NCBI GenBank assembly: GCA_963682135.1
Contig: OY821645.1
Location: forward strand, 1,920,001 to 1,984,000
Direction: 5' to 3'
DNA length: 64,000 nucleotides
DNA from: Methanothrix sp.
GTDB lineage: Archaea; Halobacteriota; Methanosarcinia; Methanotrichales; Methanotrichaceae
The notes below the pieces were generated by a model that saw only the letters and a list, made by a program, of their open reading frames with translations, ran no database searches and was not told where the DNA came from. The translations under genes were made by a program, and so were the position numbers. Positions 19,541 through 29,050 of the stretch are shown here, one piece after another; the stretch's first letter is position 1, and the number at the start of each line of letters is the position of its first letter.

Positions 19541-19643
19541 GGTGGGCATGGAGACGCTTGAGGAGCTTTGAATAGGGGGCGAATGCAAAAAGAGATGTTA
19601 GGAGAAGCTTGAGAGCTATTTTTAGCTTCTCCGCACACCACAT

Positions 19644-21569
19644 TCATATGGGGTATATTTCACATTCGGGACTACATTTTACATCCTTATAACCACAGGG
19701 ATAATAGACATTGCCGATGAGTTGCCCCTTGCAGGTAAAATCGAAGTTAAGAGACACGCCCACACCAACTGGGTCGGGCATTGTTCCTTCCAGCTCCTTT
19801 GCCAGGGTCTTAACCTTGGTCTTAACCTTGAATTTCGAACCTGCCGGAACATCCTTGAATTCATACATTCCGCTCTCGTCGGTTATTTCTCGAATGGTTT
19901 CAGGTGTATCCTCAGAATAAGCGGGCGGTATATATGTAAAGGTCAATTCTACCGGAGTATCGGCCAGGCCTTTTGAACAATCACCGGTAAGCATACTGAT
20001 AGGATCATTGCTGCAATCCCTATCTATTTCCACATATCCTCTCACGCTGCCTTTGGTTTCAGATTGGATTGGCTTTTCCAGATCAGAAGAGCCCTTCGCG
20101 GGATATCCGTCTATCTTGCTAAATCCGCAGCCATTTGATTCTGAGTTCATAGACCAGGTCTCCGGTTCAGAATCGATGATGGTATAGGTTCCTGCGGGCA
20201 TTACCTCGTCTGGATGACAGATCCACCATACATTAGCTACACCTGATCCTGATTCAGCCTTCACTGTCCAGGGTCCGAATATTTGGCCGTCATCTCTTTT
20301 GAGACTGATGGTTCCGGCTGCCGATGTACCCTGTCCGAAGTTCCAGTGGTAGGTATCGATATAGCTGATATAATAGGGCTGGTTTATCTCAAAGCTGGGA
20401 TTACATGTGGGAGAATTCTCAACGATTCCTTTGTTCCAATTGTTGAAGATCTCAATGCTATCGGTTTTTGTTCCTGACAAATCAGACGAAGCTTCAGTTT
20501 CTCCCTTCTCAGGGATGACATTCTCTTGTTCTGAGGCTTCAATCTCAGACAAGCTTCCTGATCCTACCCGACTTAGGTCAGAGCCCAGCCATAAGAGGCT
20601 CTTGCCATCGTCACAGACGATTAGAAGGTCGCCATTCACAGGATTAAACTGCATATCTCCTGGCTTAATTAGGCCAGTTACTACCGGTGTAGTGGTACCG
20701 TCATTCTCCACTTTTAGCAGCTTCCCGCCTGCAGCATCACTCACGTATAGAGCGTGACCAAACAGGCCGCCGAAGCTCAGGCACATTCCACCATTCATAG
20801 TAGATGTCTCGTTCACCTTGGCAAAGAGAATGGCTTCTCCGTCGTTTGTAATCTTGTAGACGCCAAATACTCCGCCAAAAGGCCAACCTCCTGCCCAATT
20901 CATTGCATAAAGAGTGCCATCCAAATTATCATACGCCAGATTAGCCAGGCCGGGCGGCACATCTCCCTTGACAATCAGGGGCGTCTCTGCCACATCCTCT
21001 CCGGAGAGATGCCATATATTATCCGACTCAAAGTCCGGAAAATACCATCCACCGTCCGGGGCAGTGATGACACGGCCCATGCCGGGATAGGTAGCTGTAA
21101 GATTCCACTTTCTATAGCTACCATCAGGTTTGAGTTCAAACAGCCCTGCAAATGGACTTCCTCCATCTGGCCAGTAATCCACCGAAGTCAGGACATTTTC
21201 TCCCAACATAACTCCTGTCTTCAGGCTTAAGCCCGATAACAATTCGGATTCTGCGTAAATATGGGTTGAACCAATGCTGTCGATTGCCAGGAGCTTTTGC
21301 GTGCCTCTCTCGCTAGAGAAAACGTAGGCTGTGCCATCGGGTCCGAAGAAGAGGGCTCCAATAGCAATTGAAGAATTGAAGAGCTTTGCCTCTATGCCGG
21401 GCGGAAGAGTAATTCCTGCTGGCAGGGATACCTGCTGAATTAAGTTTGGTTCAGTGTAACCAGAATCGATTAATTCGCCATCGGCTGCAATTCCTCCCCA
21501 GCTAAGAAGAACGAAGATCGCAACGATTAGGCTAAATCTTGCTGAAAGATGCATTTTATCAAGCAACAT
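19644..21569 (-). CDS. Secreted multidomain protein (beta-propeller-like N-terminus, beta-sandwich and Cys-rich C-terminus)
   Basis: Signal peptide; repeated propeller-type motifs (FGPDGTAYV, APDGGWY, LYVSD, FNPVNGDLLI); C-terminal TDESGMYEFKDVPAG. Confidence 0.65.
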   Translation of the reverse strand: MLLDKMHLSARFSLIVAIFVLLSWGGIAADGELIDSGYTEPNLIQQVSLPAGITLPPGIEAKLFNSSIAIGALFFGPDGTAYVFSSERGTQKLLAIDSIGSTHIYAESELLSGLSLKTGVMLGENVLTSVDYWPDGGSPFAGLFELKPDGSYRKWNLTATYPGMGRVITAPDGGWYFPDFESDNIWHLSGEDVAETPLIVKGDVPPGLANLAYDNLDGTLYAMNWAGGWPFGGVFGVYKITNDGEAILFAKVNETSTMNGGMCLSFGGLFGHALYVSDAAGGKLLKVENDGTTTPVVTGLIKPGDMQFNPVNGDLLIVCDDGKSLLWLGSDLSRVGSGSLSEIEASEQENVIPEKGETEASSDLSGTKTDSIEIFNNWNKGIVENSPTCNPSFEINQPYYISYIDTYHWNFGQGTSAAGTISLKRDDGQIFGPWTVKAESGSGVANVWWICHPDEVMPAGTYTIIDSEPETWSMNSESNGCGFSKIDGYPAKGSSDLEKPIQSETKGSVRGYVEIDRDCSNDPISMLTGDCSKGLADTPVELTFTYIPPAYSEDTPETIREITDESGMYEFKDVPAGSKFKVKTKVKTLAKELEGTMPDPVGVGVSLNFDFTCKGQLIGNVYYPCGYKDVKCSPECEIYPI

Positions 21570-21775
21570 ATTTTCCCCGCCTACTTTTAAGGTCCCTGAA
21601 GCATTCCCTCGATACGTAAGATATTGTTCCCTTTGAGATCCCGAAATCGAGTGCTACGTTGTCCCTCAATATTAATTATGTGCATTGAGTTATAGCTTCC
21701 GGTATGTCTTGAGAGCATGCGGAGATATAATGGGCAAGGTCGCCATTGTGTTCGCACCTCCCCGGATGCCGGAGA

Positions 21776-21805
21776 GGAATTAACTGTAATGGAACTAACT
21801 GTAAT
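21776..21805 (+). repeat. Tandem 15-bp direct repeat abutting the attR-like copy
   Basis: GGAATTAACTGTAAT followed by GGAACTAACTGTAAT, 3 bp before the SRP 3'-end copy. Confidence 0.75.
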
Positions 21806-21841
21806 GACGGCAACCGGCGGCGAGCTTGCCATTTAACTTTA

Positions 21842-22300
21842 TCATACCGCCTTTCCCATTTCATATGCCTGAACCATTGTTCGGCTTCCCTTGATCTCCC
21901 CCATATTCCAGGCACCAGTTCCATAGATAATGCCCTTTTCTTCGGCTCCGTTCAGGCAGGAGGTAAATCCTCTGAATCCTTCCAGGGTTCTTTAGGTTCG
22001 GTCAATCGGTGTTTTCATCTGGGCGCTCATTGTGTAAAAATAAACCGGTGTGGCCATCACGATCACATCTGCGGCAATCATTTTTTCCAGAACTTCTGCC
22101 ATGTCATCCATCTGAACGCACTTATGGCTGGTGTAGCATGACCCGCATCCAGTGCAGTAGCCAATCTTTTTGTCTCTCAAAAAAATCTCTTCCGCCTGAT
22201 TGCCGGCTTCTTTTGCTCCAAGCATAAATTGATCGCACAACATGTCTGAATTTCCGCCTTTCCTCGGGCTAGAGGACAGAACCAACACTTTTTTGCTCAC
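21842..22300 (-). pseudogene. Flavodoxin family (iron-sulfur flavoprotein-like) gene with internal deletion/frameshift
   Basis: SSSPRKGGNS, CTGCGSC..C, ATPVYFY, then stop after IDRT; C-terminus RTLEGFRGFTSCLNGAEEKGIIYGTGAWNMGEIKG..AYEMGKAV* resumes after the stop. Confidence 0.85.
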
Positions 22301-22301
22301 G

Positions 22302-23825
22302 TTAAGAACTCTCAATATCCAGTTCTAATCGTTTGAGATTTACTGAAGGCAGATTTATAGCTTTATTAGCCTCCATGGTGAACGATCCCTTGAACGGATT
22401 ATATCCTTCTTTCTCGGCTGTGAAGCTATATGAAACGCCTCCGGATCTACCTGCATATCCTGAAAAGCGGAACATCCCCTGTTCATTGGTAGTCTTTCCC
22501 GCGGCAGTAATCTTTCTATCCATATTGAAGTATATCTTGATTTTAGCTCCTTGTAGCGGCCGCGAAGTTTCATCATCAATCACTTGACAATTAATTTCAC
22601 CGAGCTGAGGATAATATTTGCTGTAAAAAATATCAGAAAGCCCAATTTTCTGGCTTCTCTCTTCTGAGATATAGTTCTTAACCAGCCAATATCCTGAAAA
22701 TAAAAGTATTCCGGATGATAAACCTTTTTCATAAAGCTGTATGCCCTTATCTATCAAATAGGATATGGATTGATTGGACATATCTCCATAATCGCCATTA
22801 TGGATATACACGCCTGTGATCAGTTCTTTATTTGGATAATGGGCCTCTAGAGCACTTAAATATATGTCGAATTTATTATAGGAATCCTCCTGGTTATAAA
22901 GCCAGAAGTTAACACCATCGATCATATTTATTATATCTTTATCCGGGGAAATCCTCAACTCACCTCCATATGTGACAATGAACAATTGCAAATCAGGAGT
23001 AGTTGGGCTTGAGTCAAGATCCACAGAACCATCAGATTTCATTTTTTTTCCTGATAGAGCACCTTTTATATTTTTCATATCTTCCAGAGTAATGGCATTT
23101 CCGTAATAGTTAGCCCAGAAATCATCGATTATCACTCCTCTTATTTGGGGTAAAATTGAAGATAGCTTGGAGAACCTCGCCGCTGCTTGGATCATCCCTG
23201 GTGATGAATCTGGATCCCATAGCTTAGTATCATTGGGATTATTGACGACCCCCCTTTCGGAAGGTGGTCGAATTATTCCATAAACCAGGTTAGTATCAAA
23301 TTCATGACAATGCTTTTCGATATTTTCTCTAAAATCGTACGCACCATAACTCGGATCATTTATTATGCCGTTCACACCAAAATGATAAGCTTGATAAAGA
23401 TCTTCATCCTCAGATATGCCTGTTCCTGCATAAACTTTGCCTTTAAAAGGATGATATACTCCTATAAAACCCTGCTTTATTGTGGTCAATACCACTGGTT
23501 GGTTATTGGAATTTACTAGTGGAGGAGCTGAAGATTTATACGGATTTTCAGGCAAACCAACATCTATCCAACTCGACTCAATTTGCAGTGTCTTGGATGA
23601 TCCTCCTTCAAATTTCTTATCCAATTCAAGATATTTATTCATATACTTATACTCATTATTTTCGTCATAGTATTTTTCTATGATTATCTCTGTGGGATTA
23701 GCTTCCTTTGATCCGGATTTTTCTTGTTGTGCCATGGATGCAAATACGATAGGAGACAAAAGTGCTGATATAAGGGCCAGAAAAATTATCCCTGAACTTA
23801 CTTGAGATATTATCCTCATTATCAT
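22302..23825 (-). CDS. Secreted protein, putative TIM-barrel/glycoside-hydrolase-like domain plus C-terminal carboxypeptidase regulatory-like domain
   Basis: Signal peptide; GVIIDDF and IDGVNFW motifs; VIDDETSRPLQGAKI...TNEQGMF...AEKEGY; AT-rich. Confidence 0.6.
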   Translation of the reverse strand: MIMRIISQVSSGIIFLALISALLSPIVFASMAQQEKSGSKEANPTEIIIEKYYDENNEYKYMNKYLELDKKFEGGSSKTLQIESSWIDVGLPENPYKSSAPPLVNSNNQPVVLTTIKQGFIGVYHPFKGKVYAGTGISEDEDLYQAYHFGVNGIINDPSYGAYDFRENIEKHCHEFDTNLVYGIIRPPSERGVVNNPNDTKLWDPDSSPGMIQAAARFSKLSSILPQIRGVIIDDFWANYYGNAITLEDMKNIKGALSGKKMKSDGSVDLDSSPTTPDLQLFIVTYGGELRISPDKDIINMIDGVNFWLYNQEDSYNKFDIYLSALEAHYPNKELITGVYIHNGDYGDMSNQSISYLIDKGIQLYEKGLSSGILLFSGYWLVKNYISEERSQKIGLSDIFYSKYYPQLGEINCQVIDDETSRPLQGAKIKIYFNMDRKITAAGKTTNEQGMFRFSGYAGRSGGVSYSFTAEKEGYNPFKGSFTMEANKAINLPSVNLKRLELDIESS

Positions 23826-23962
23826 ATACTATATCTCTCCATTCCGAACAAACTGCATCTTCTTTCCTAGATTTAAGATCATCCCTAAATCCGGAATCTA
23901 ATTGAGGAATTACTAACTAAAATCCTTATCTCGTCCAATGCTTAAGAGAATGGCCGCGGATA

Positions 23963-24718
23963 TCAGTTAGTATAGGCGGTCTCGAAATTTTTCAATTTAT
24001 TCTCAAAAACGTCATTTTTAGTAATATCATTAACGCCTGCATCCATCAAAAATACTCCTCGTGAGTTATTATTTATAATGTTATATTTTACTAAATTTAA
24101 TTCCGAAGAACCTGTAATAAAAATACCTGCACCATTGTTGTTATTTATATAATTGTTTGTTATCTTATTACTCTGTGAATCTGACACTAATATGCCTTCA
24201 AAATTACTATCAACACTATTATTGGTAATGGAGTTGTTATGTCCTCCCAGGACTTTGATTCCACTGCGATAGTTATTTTCTAATATATTTCCTTTAATCG
24301 TATTGTTGTTTGACCTTACAAATACTCCCGCCCCGGATAGCGGATCTCCTGCGGTATTTGTGGAATTCCTAATTGTAAACCCTTCCATCATTACCCCATC
24401 TGCGAGAATAGTCACTCCTGGACCTTTGAAATAATCGCCCCCTGCATCAATAACCGGGTTTTTCAACCCAATAATATTTAAGCGCCTATCTACAACGATA
24501 TTTTCGTAGTATGTTCCGGGATAAACCAATATTTCATCCCCTATGCTAGCCGAATCTATCGCTTCTTGAATGCTTTCGTAATTCTTGGGGCTATTTCCTA
24601 CAATTAAAGTAGCCCCATATGCACATACGATGGAACTAATTAGCATTATTGAAATAATTAGAAACATTTTTTTTATAGGAGGTATGAACTCCACTTCTGA
24701 GTATCCTCCACTTCGCAT
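23963..24718 (-). CDS. NosD/CASH-type right-handed beta-helix protein
   Basis: YESIQEAID...VYPGTYYENIVV, repeated GIxxxxSxxNxIxxN units. Confidence 0.85.
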   Translation of the reverse strand: MRSGGYSEVEFIPPIKKMFLIISIMLISSIVCAYGATLIVGNSPKNYESIQEAIDSASIGDEILVYPGTYYENIVVDRRLNIIGLKNPVIDAGGDYFKGPGVTILADGVMMEGFTIRNSTNTAGDPLSGAGVFVRSNNNTIKGNILENNYRSGIKVLGGHNNSITNNSVDSNFEGILVSDSQSNKITNNYINNNNGAGIFITGSSELNLVKYNIINNNSRGVFLMDAGVNDITKNDVFENKLKNFETAYTN

Positions 24719-24820
24719 GCATAATGTTTCATCTATTAAGTATAAATACTTGCTGAAGCGGTTTCCTCTTCACTTGTATTGACGAGCAATTTTGGAAGAA
24801 TTGTGCATTCATTTTGAATT

Positions 24821-24972
24821 TCATCTCTTGAGTGTGCAAAGCTGATATACGTTAAGAGCAAACGCAGTAACTATCATTTTGACGCGAACCTCTTAACTGT
24901 AGTAACCAATACCCTTTCCAGCTCTAAAAACTCGCTTTATTACCGCTTGAGATCTCTCGCCAGGGGGCCATG
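24821..24972 (-). pseudogene. IS5-family transposase C-terminal remnant
   Basis: Across frameshifts: PGER..AVIKRVFRAGK/VLVTTVKR/VRVKMIVTAFALNVYQLCTLKR*. Confidence 0.65.
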
Positions 24973-25147
24973 GCCAAACATCCTGGATAATATTCTGAAT
25001 TATCAACTTCTTCTTTCATCCAATTAAGCTGTCGAGCAAGCCTTTTGAATCACAGCCAATTATTTTTATCACAGGGCCAGCCCATATCCATAAACCAGCC
25101 CGCGATTGCATATCTTGATATCCCCTTAGCCCCAAACCCTGATAATC

Positions 25148-26080
25148 ATGCCCATACTGTCCATAGTCGCCTGCCGGATGCTGGAGGATGAGCTAGTTCA
25201 CCTGCTCTCAGCCGATGGAGAGGTCCGGGAGCTTCTCATCGTGGACAGAATGCAGGCCCTTAGCCTCTCCGCAAAGCTGAAGGGGCAAAACCGTCCCCAC
25301 CTCCTCCTGAGCCCGGACAGAATTGCCCCGCACCTCCAGGAGCGGCAAAACAGGAGACGCGGCATCTTTTTTCGCTGCAGAGCAAGCCGCAAAGCAGAGG
25401 GGACTGTAATTGTGATTAGCCCGCTTCCTCTCGGGCTGCACTCCGACCTGGAGCAGCTGCGGGCCGCGGTATATGATAATATTCGCAGTCTATCCTCATT
25501 CTCGGATGGGATACTGATCTTCTACGGCAAATGCGGAGGCTTTCTGGCCAATCTGGAGGACGACCTACCCGATCTGCCCTGCCCAATCTACTTCCTGACT
25601 GATGAGAGTGGAGAGAGAATTGAGGACTGCATAGCTCTTGCTCTGGGCGGAAACGAAAACTATGATCATATCCTGGCCGAGCACCAGGACGCGGCGCTCT
25701 TCATGACCCCCATGTGGGCTTCCAACTGGAGCGCGATGGGCGATGAGGCCGCCTCTGGCAAGCGTCGGGACCTGCGGACAATGATCAAATCAAGCGGCAT
25801 GAAAAAAGTGGCTCAAATTAACACCGGCCTTTGCGTTGAGCCGGGTTTCACGGAATTGGTGGCTGACTTTGCCCGAGAGTTTGGGCTTCAAAGAATCGAG
25901 CTGCCGGGAGGGACGGCGGTGGCGAAATACGGCTACGAGAGAGCAAGGAGCTGCTTGGCGGCTGCCCGGCCCAGGAGCGCCCATCCTGGGGCAGAGATCA
26001 GCGGCAGCTTCAATTCCAGGCTTGCGGAAACGATAAGGGTCATTTGCCGCATGACACGAAAGAAATCCCTGGAAGAATGA
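25148..26080 (+). CDS. DUF1638 domain-containing protein
   Basis: SIVACRMLEDE, LGLH, FYGKCG, EDCIALALGG, FMTPMW motifs. Confidence 0.8.
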   Translation: MPILSIVACRMLEDELVHLLSADGEVRELLIVDRMQALSLSAKLKGQNRPHLLLSPDRIAPHLQERQNRRRGIFFRCRASRKAEGTVIVISPLPLGLHSDLEQLRAAVYDNIRSLSSFSDGILIFYGKCGGFLANLEDDLPDLPCPIYFLTDESGERIEDCIALALGGNENYDHILAEHQDAALFMTPMWASNWSAMGDEAASGKRRDLRTMIKSSGMKKVAQINTGLCVEPGFTELVADFAREFGLQRIELPGGTAVAKYGYERARSCLAAARPRSAHPGAEISGSFNSRLAETIRVICRMTRKKSLEE

Positions 26081-26234
26081 AGCTATTCTGTTCAATCACG
26101 TCAGGAAATGTACATCAAAGCCTTCATATGAGATACTCAAAGACCTCATATGATGTTTACCTTCATATATCTCTGATATTGTAACTACAGATATCAAGTT
26201 ATATGACAGATGGTAGGAGAAAGGGTGATAAGAA

Positions 26235-26816
26235 ATGACAGTTAATGCGATATCGGGATTTCTATCCGCCAGGATTTGCATTTCGGTCTTACTCATTGCG
26301 CTCTTGCTTGGCACGGGGGCCGGGCAGAGTTTCGATAGCCTTTATAAAAGCAGTGCTCCTCAAAGCGCGCGGGAGCGAGCAGAACTGTTCAATGCGATGC
26401 AAAATATGGATGATACGAGCAATCATCAAGCTGCCTTGGACGGGAGCGATCTATATAAAGCGCTTCAGAATCCCTATATATTCAATGATCCTCAAGCGGC
26501 GTTGGAGAATGCAAATACATACAAACAACTTCAAAAGTACAATGCCATTTACTCCAGCTCTCGTATTGATGATAACTGGCACTATTGGACCAACATGTGG
26601 CTGAACGGGCCTCAAGGTTCCAGTGCTGCTCAGGATGATGCAAATATCTATACAACATTATCTAATCCTTACGCGTTCAATGATCCTCAAGGGGCACTGG
26701 AGCAGGCCAACACATATAAGGCACTTCAAAAGTACAATGGCATTTACTCCAGCTCTCGTATTGATGATAACTGGGATTATTGGACCAACATGTGGCTGAA
26801 CGGGCCTTCAACCTGA
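26235..26816 (+). CDS. Secreted hypothetical protein with two 65-aa internal repeats
   Basis: Signal peptide; NPYxFNDPQxALExANTYKxLQKYNxIYSSSRIDDNWxYWTNMWLNGP twice, 195 bp apart. Confidence 0.7.
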   Translation: MTVNAISGFLSARICISVLLIALLLGTGAGQSFDSLYKSSAPQSARERAELFNAMQNMDDTSNHQAALDGSDLYKALQNPYIFNDPQAALENANTYKQLQKYNAIYSSSRIDDNWHYWTNMWLNGPQGSSAAQDDANIYTTLSNPYAFNDPQGALEQANTYKALQKYNGIYSSSRIDDNWDYWTNMWLNGPST

Positions 26817-27101
26817 AAAAGTCTGGATCAACTACTCTTTTTTCCGATTTTCTTCAGTGCGCCGCATGCTTGGATATTTTGCATGACTCTTGCGGTTCTT
26901 CTTTCTACACCACCCACGTACAACCACCACGAGGACGCAAGTTTAGGCATGGGATCGCGCGCAAAACTTAGCATCGCTGCTCCAGCTCCAACGATGCTCG
27001 CCATGAAGCTATTCATGTGACTTCAAGCCGAGACCCACATAAAAATAATCCTAATAAATGCTCAAGGATTGTATGTAATTGGCTTAATAGGAGGATTTAA
27101 G

Positions 27102-27345
27102 ATGAGCAAACTCAAAGCTGTAATGGCCATCCTGGCCTTTGTCCTGCTCTGTTTCATGAGCACCGTATCGGCAATTCCATATCACGATGGGAATTCACAT
27201 CACGGAATTGGGGTTGTACACCATTCCGGCTGTGACCTACCACTGGTACACACCTTCCTACTATTATAATTCCTTCGATCCGTGGTGGAATGCCAACATC
27301 TACGGCCCGCTGAGAAGCACATATTACTGGTACGGTTGGAGATAG
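27102..27345 (+). pseudogene. Small secreted Tyr/Trp-rich protein, apparently frameshifted
   Basis: GGAGG RBS, MSKLKAVMAILAFVLLCFMSTVSA signal peptide; alternative frame continues LYTIPAVTYHWYTPSYYYNSFDPWWNANIYGPLRSTYYWYGWR*. Confidence 0.5.
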
Positions 27346-27483
27346 TAAGACCACATTAAACTATTCCGATCAAGAATCGAGGATATCCTGCATCCTCAAA
27401 AAATATCACTTTTTTGTTGCCCATTCTGCAAAGCATTTTCCTTTATGCCATCCTCAATCGGCGGCAAGACCTGACAGCCAAAA

Positions 27484-28665
27484 TCAAAACTCAAGCAGAC
27501 TCCTCTGCACCGGCGCTGCCAGAAGCTTTGCCTCCTTGCGCCACTCTCCGGGCGGTGTTCTGATCCTTCTATCCATTTCCGCCAGCGCCTCCGCCTGGCT
27601 GGCAAATCGCACGGGAGTCGATTGCATGGCCGCTCTGGCAACCTCTCGAACCACCCATACTCCCAGAGGCGCCCAGTAGCTTTCGGAGATCTCCCGCACC
27701 GCCAGCACACCTGCCTGCCGGCCCCGGCGAGCGAGGTGTTCCAGGACTGCCAGGCGCGCTGCATAGTAGCCGCCCGCAAGAAGGCTGTACCCCTTGCGAG
27801 GCCGCGCATCTTCTCTGTCTGCACCTATGAAGCCCTCTTGCGCCCATACTGATCGAGCCCGCCAGATCTCCACCAGCTCAAAGCTGAAGGGCTGTGGCAT
27901 CAGAAGGATCTCGAAGTGATTTCCCAGGTCTTCGCCTGAGAATAGGTAGTAGTCATTGACCGGACTGCAGTCCAAGATAGTCTCCTTGAGCAACTTTCCA
28001 ATCATGTCGTCTGAAGCGGTGATCGACCAGCGAGTCGGAACGAGCTTTCTCTTCTTGCCCAAAAGGCCCAGGGAAAGCATGCGGGAAATGTGATCCGTAC
28101 CGATTCCGCCAGCATAAAGCTCTCCTATCGCAGCAGTGGCGCCCGCGTCCCTGTCCTCAACCATCTGGTCCACCTTCCTGGGAATGAGCGGATTGGTGGT
28201 GATCTGCATTCCCGACATTTCGGCCGAGGGCCCGGAAGGAGAGAGCACTCCATCAAACTGCAGACGGCCCTGGGGTGGCCGGTAAAAGGTGACCTCTGTG
28301 CCCACGGGTGCTGATGATAGGGCTATCTGCTGTATGGCTTCCAGCAGCCTTCCCGGGGCCTCCGCCTCTTTTACTACTATCTTGCTCTCGGAGCGGACCA
28401 TGGCCGAGCGTGCGGCTATGATCTCGCCGATGTCCATGGCGAGATTGGGCGGCTCCACGAGCCGATCGGTGCTGCCGCCTGCAGGCAACATGGGTCCGGC
28501 CCTCACCAGTGGATAGCCGTATCTGCCCACGAATACCTCGGGCGGTGACATGCCCTCCAGGCTGCGGCCAATGCGGGGCAGGGCCGCCGTCTCCTCCAGC
28601 CGGCGCAGTATGGGGCAGACAGGCCGCCCACACAGCCCACGGCCTTTGCAGCGAATGCATTTCAT
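27484..28665 (-). CDS. nreA: Nre family DNA repair protein
   Basis: N-terminal CIRCKGRGLCGRPVCP, PPEVFVGRYGYP, LVPTRWSITA, GGYYAARL, C-terminal PIP box QRSLLEF; start placed at MKCIRC. Confidence 0.92.
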   Translation of the reverse strand: MKCIRCKGRGLCGRPVCPILRRLEETAALPRIGRSLEGMSPPEVFVGRYGYPLVRAGPMLPAGGSTDRLVEPPNLAMDIGEIIAARSAMVRSESKIVVKEAEAPGRLLEAIQQIALSSAPVGTEVTFYRPPQGRLQFDGVLSPSGPSAEMSGMQITTNPLIPRKVDQMVEDRDAGATAAIGELYAGGIGTDHISRMLSLGLLGKKRKLVPTRWSITASDDMIGKLLKETILDCSPVNDYYLFSGEDLGNHFEILLMPQPFSFELVEIWRARSVWAQEGFIGADREDARPRKGYSLLAGGYYAARLAVLEHLARRGRQAGVLAVREISESYWAPLGVWVVREVARAAMQSTPVRFASQAEALAEMDRRIRTPPGEWRKEAKLLAAPVQRSLLEF

Positions 28666-28711
28666 TAATGCAGCAAGGCCCTTATAGGTTATATCACTAT
28701 TATTCCCCTCG

Positions 28712-29050
28712 ATGACAGACAGGTTGATACCGGCTATCGCCCAGGACGCCAAGACGGGAGAGGTTCTCATGCTGGCCTACATGAATGACGAAGCGCTGGC
28801 CAAGACCCGCGAGACGGGCAAGGCCCACTACTGGTCCCGCTCGCGAAAGAAACTCTGGCTGAAGGGCGAATCCTCCGGGCATTTTCAGAGGGTGCTGGAG
28901 ATAAGAATAGACTGCGATGAGGATGCTATTCTCCTGTTAATCGAGCAGGAGGGCGGAGCATGCCATACGGGTTACAGGTCCTGCTTCTATCGCACTTTAG
29001 ACGGCAATATTGTAGGCAAGAAGGTCTTTGATCCTCAGGATGTCTACTAG
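28712..29050 (+). CDS. hisI: Phosphoribosyl-AMP cyclohydrolase
   Basis: [41 protein letters not shown]. Confidence 0.97.
   Translation: MTDRLIPAIAQDAKTGEVLMLAYMNDEALAKTRETGKAHYWSRSRKKLWLKGESSGHFQRVLEIRIDCDEDAILLLIEQEGGACHTGYRSCFYRTLDGNIVGKKVFDPQDVY

Larger units (their letters stand above)
9840..21837. mobile_element. Decayed integrative element/genomic island inserted in the SRP RNA 3' end
   Basis: Direct repeats GGCAACCGGCGGCG(C/A)GC(C/T)TGCCATTTAAC at 9840-9868 and 21809-21837 (27/29 identical); recombinase remnant, TA pair, IS and pseudogenes inside. Confidence 0.7.
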
